DNA of 64,000 nt, from positions 672,001-736,000 of the forward strand of contig CBDAOI010000003.1 of the NCBI GenBank assembly GCA_965198005.1. Reading direction: 5' to 3'. The notes under the pieces were generated by a model, which saw nothing but the letters and a program-made list of their open reading frames with translations, searched no databases and was not told the origin of the DNA. The position numbers and the translations under genes were made by a program. Source of the stretch: Spirochaetia bacterium. GTDB taxonomy: Bacteria > Spirochaetota > Spirochaetia > SZUA-6 > Bin103. Below, in pieces: positions 63,623 through 64,000 of this stretch (position 1 is the first letter of the stretch; each line of letters opens with the position of its first letter).

Positions 63623-64000
63623 CTAGCCGCCCATTTCCCTCTTCAGCGCCTGATCGATCCAGAGGCGGGCGAAGACGGCGTTCTTGTTCCAGACCCCCAT
63701 GTAGAAGTCACCGTCGAAGCCCTGCAGCCACGGCTGGGTGACGTTGAACCATGGATTCAGGCCTCCCCACATGACGATGTGGTTCTTGACGAGCCAGAAA
63801 TCTGCCTCTCTCCCGAGCCGCTGATGTTCCTCCGCGGTGGCAGCCACTTTCAGTCCCTCGATCAGTGCGTCGTACTCCGGGTCACTGAGTCCGGCGATGT
63901 TATTGGCGGCGCCGGACGCCGTGTGGTGCAGCATAATGAGAGGGCGATATGGGGTCCCCTGACTCCAGGTGCTGATGCCGTCATAGTCGCCCTTGCCACC
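63623..64000 (-). CDS. Family-5 SBP C-terminus (cassette 7; runs off window)
   Basis: Paralogue of 50132-51904. Confidence 0.9.
   Translation of the reverse strand, partial: GGKGDYDGISTWSQGTPYRPLIMLHHTASGAANNIAGLSDPEYDALIEGLKVAATAEEHQRLGREADFWLVKNHIVMWGGLNPWFNVTQPWLQGFDGDFYMGVWNKNAVFARLWIDQALKREMGG

Overview
GC-rich bacterial DNA, probably Spirochaetota-like; this is inferred only from 'WA(G/A)GAEE'-type signal peptides that lack a lipobox Cys. The window is dominated by seven paralogous Opp/Dpp-type ABC cassettes (family-5 substrate-binding protein + two permeases, never an ATPase) plus about eight fragments of more. Between them lie IS4, IS3, IS21, IS91, IS1634, ISNCY and RIT remnants, two ORF-less group II introns inserted at the same G-rich site of IS3 elements, an Rpn nuclease with an internal start, many toxin-antitoxin remnants and a permease-CRTAC1/ASPIC-UnbV fusion. 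The most striking unexplained structure is upstream of the SBP genes. Leader A (two copies) has tandem arrays of 4-5 units, each a sigma70-like promoter plus a conserved ATG-started 15-codon segment; these feed a polyproline uORF and then an SD-led 11-aa uORF overlapping a hairpin. Leader B (two copies, unrelated in sequence) has a promoter, a leaderless Pro/Arg-rich uORF and a coupled second uORF, with mostly synonymous differences between copies. Many genes are truncated and joined at microhomologies, so part of the mosaic may be assembly/amplification chimerism; junction-dependent claims need read support.
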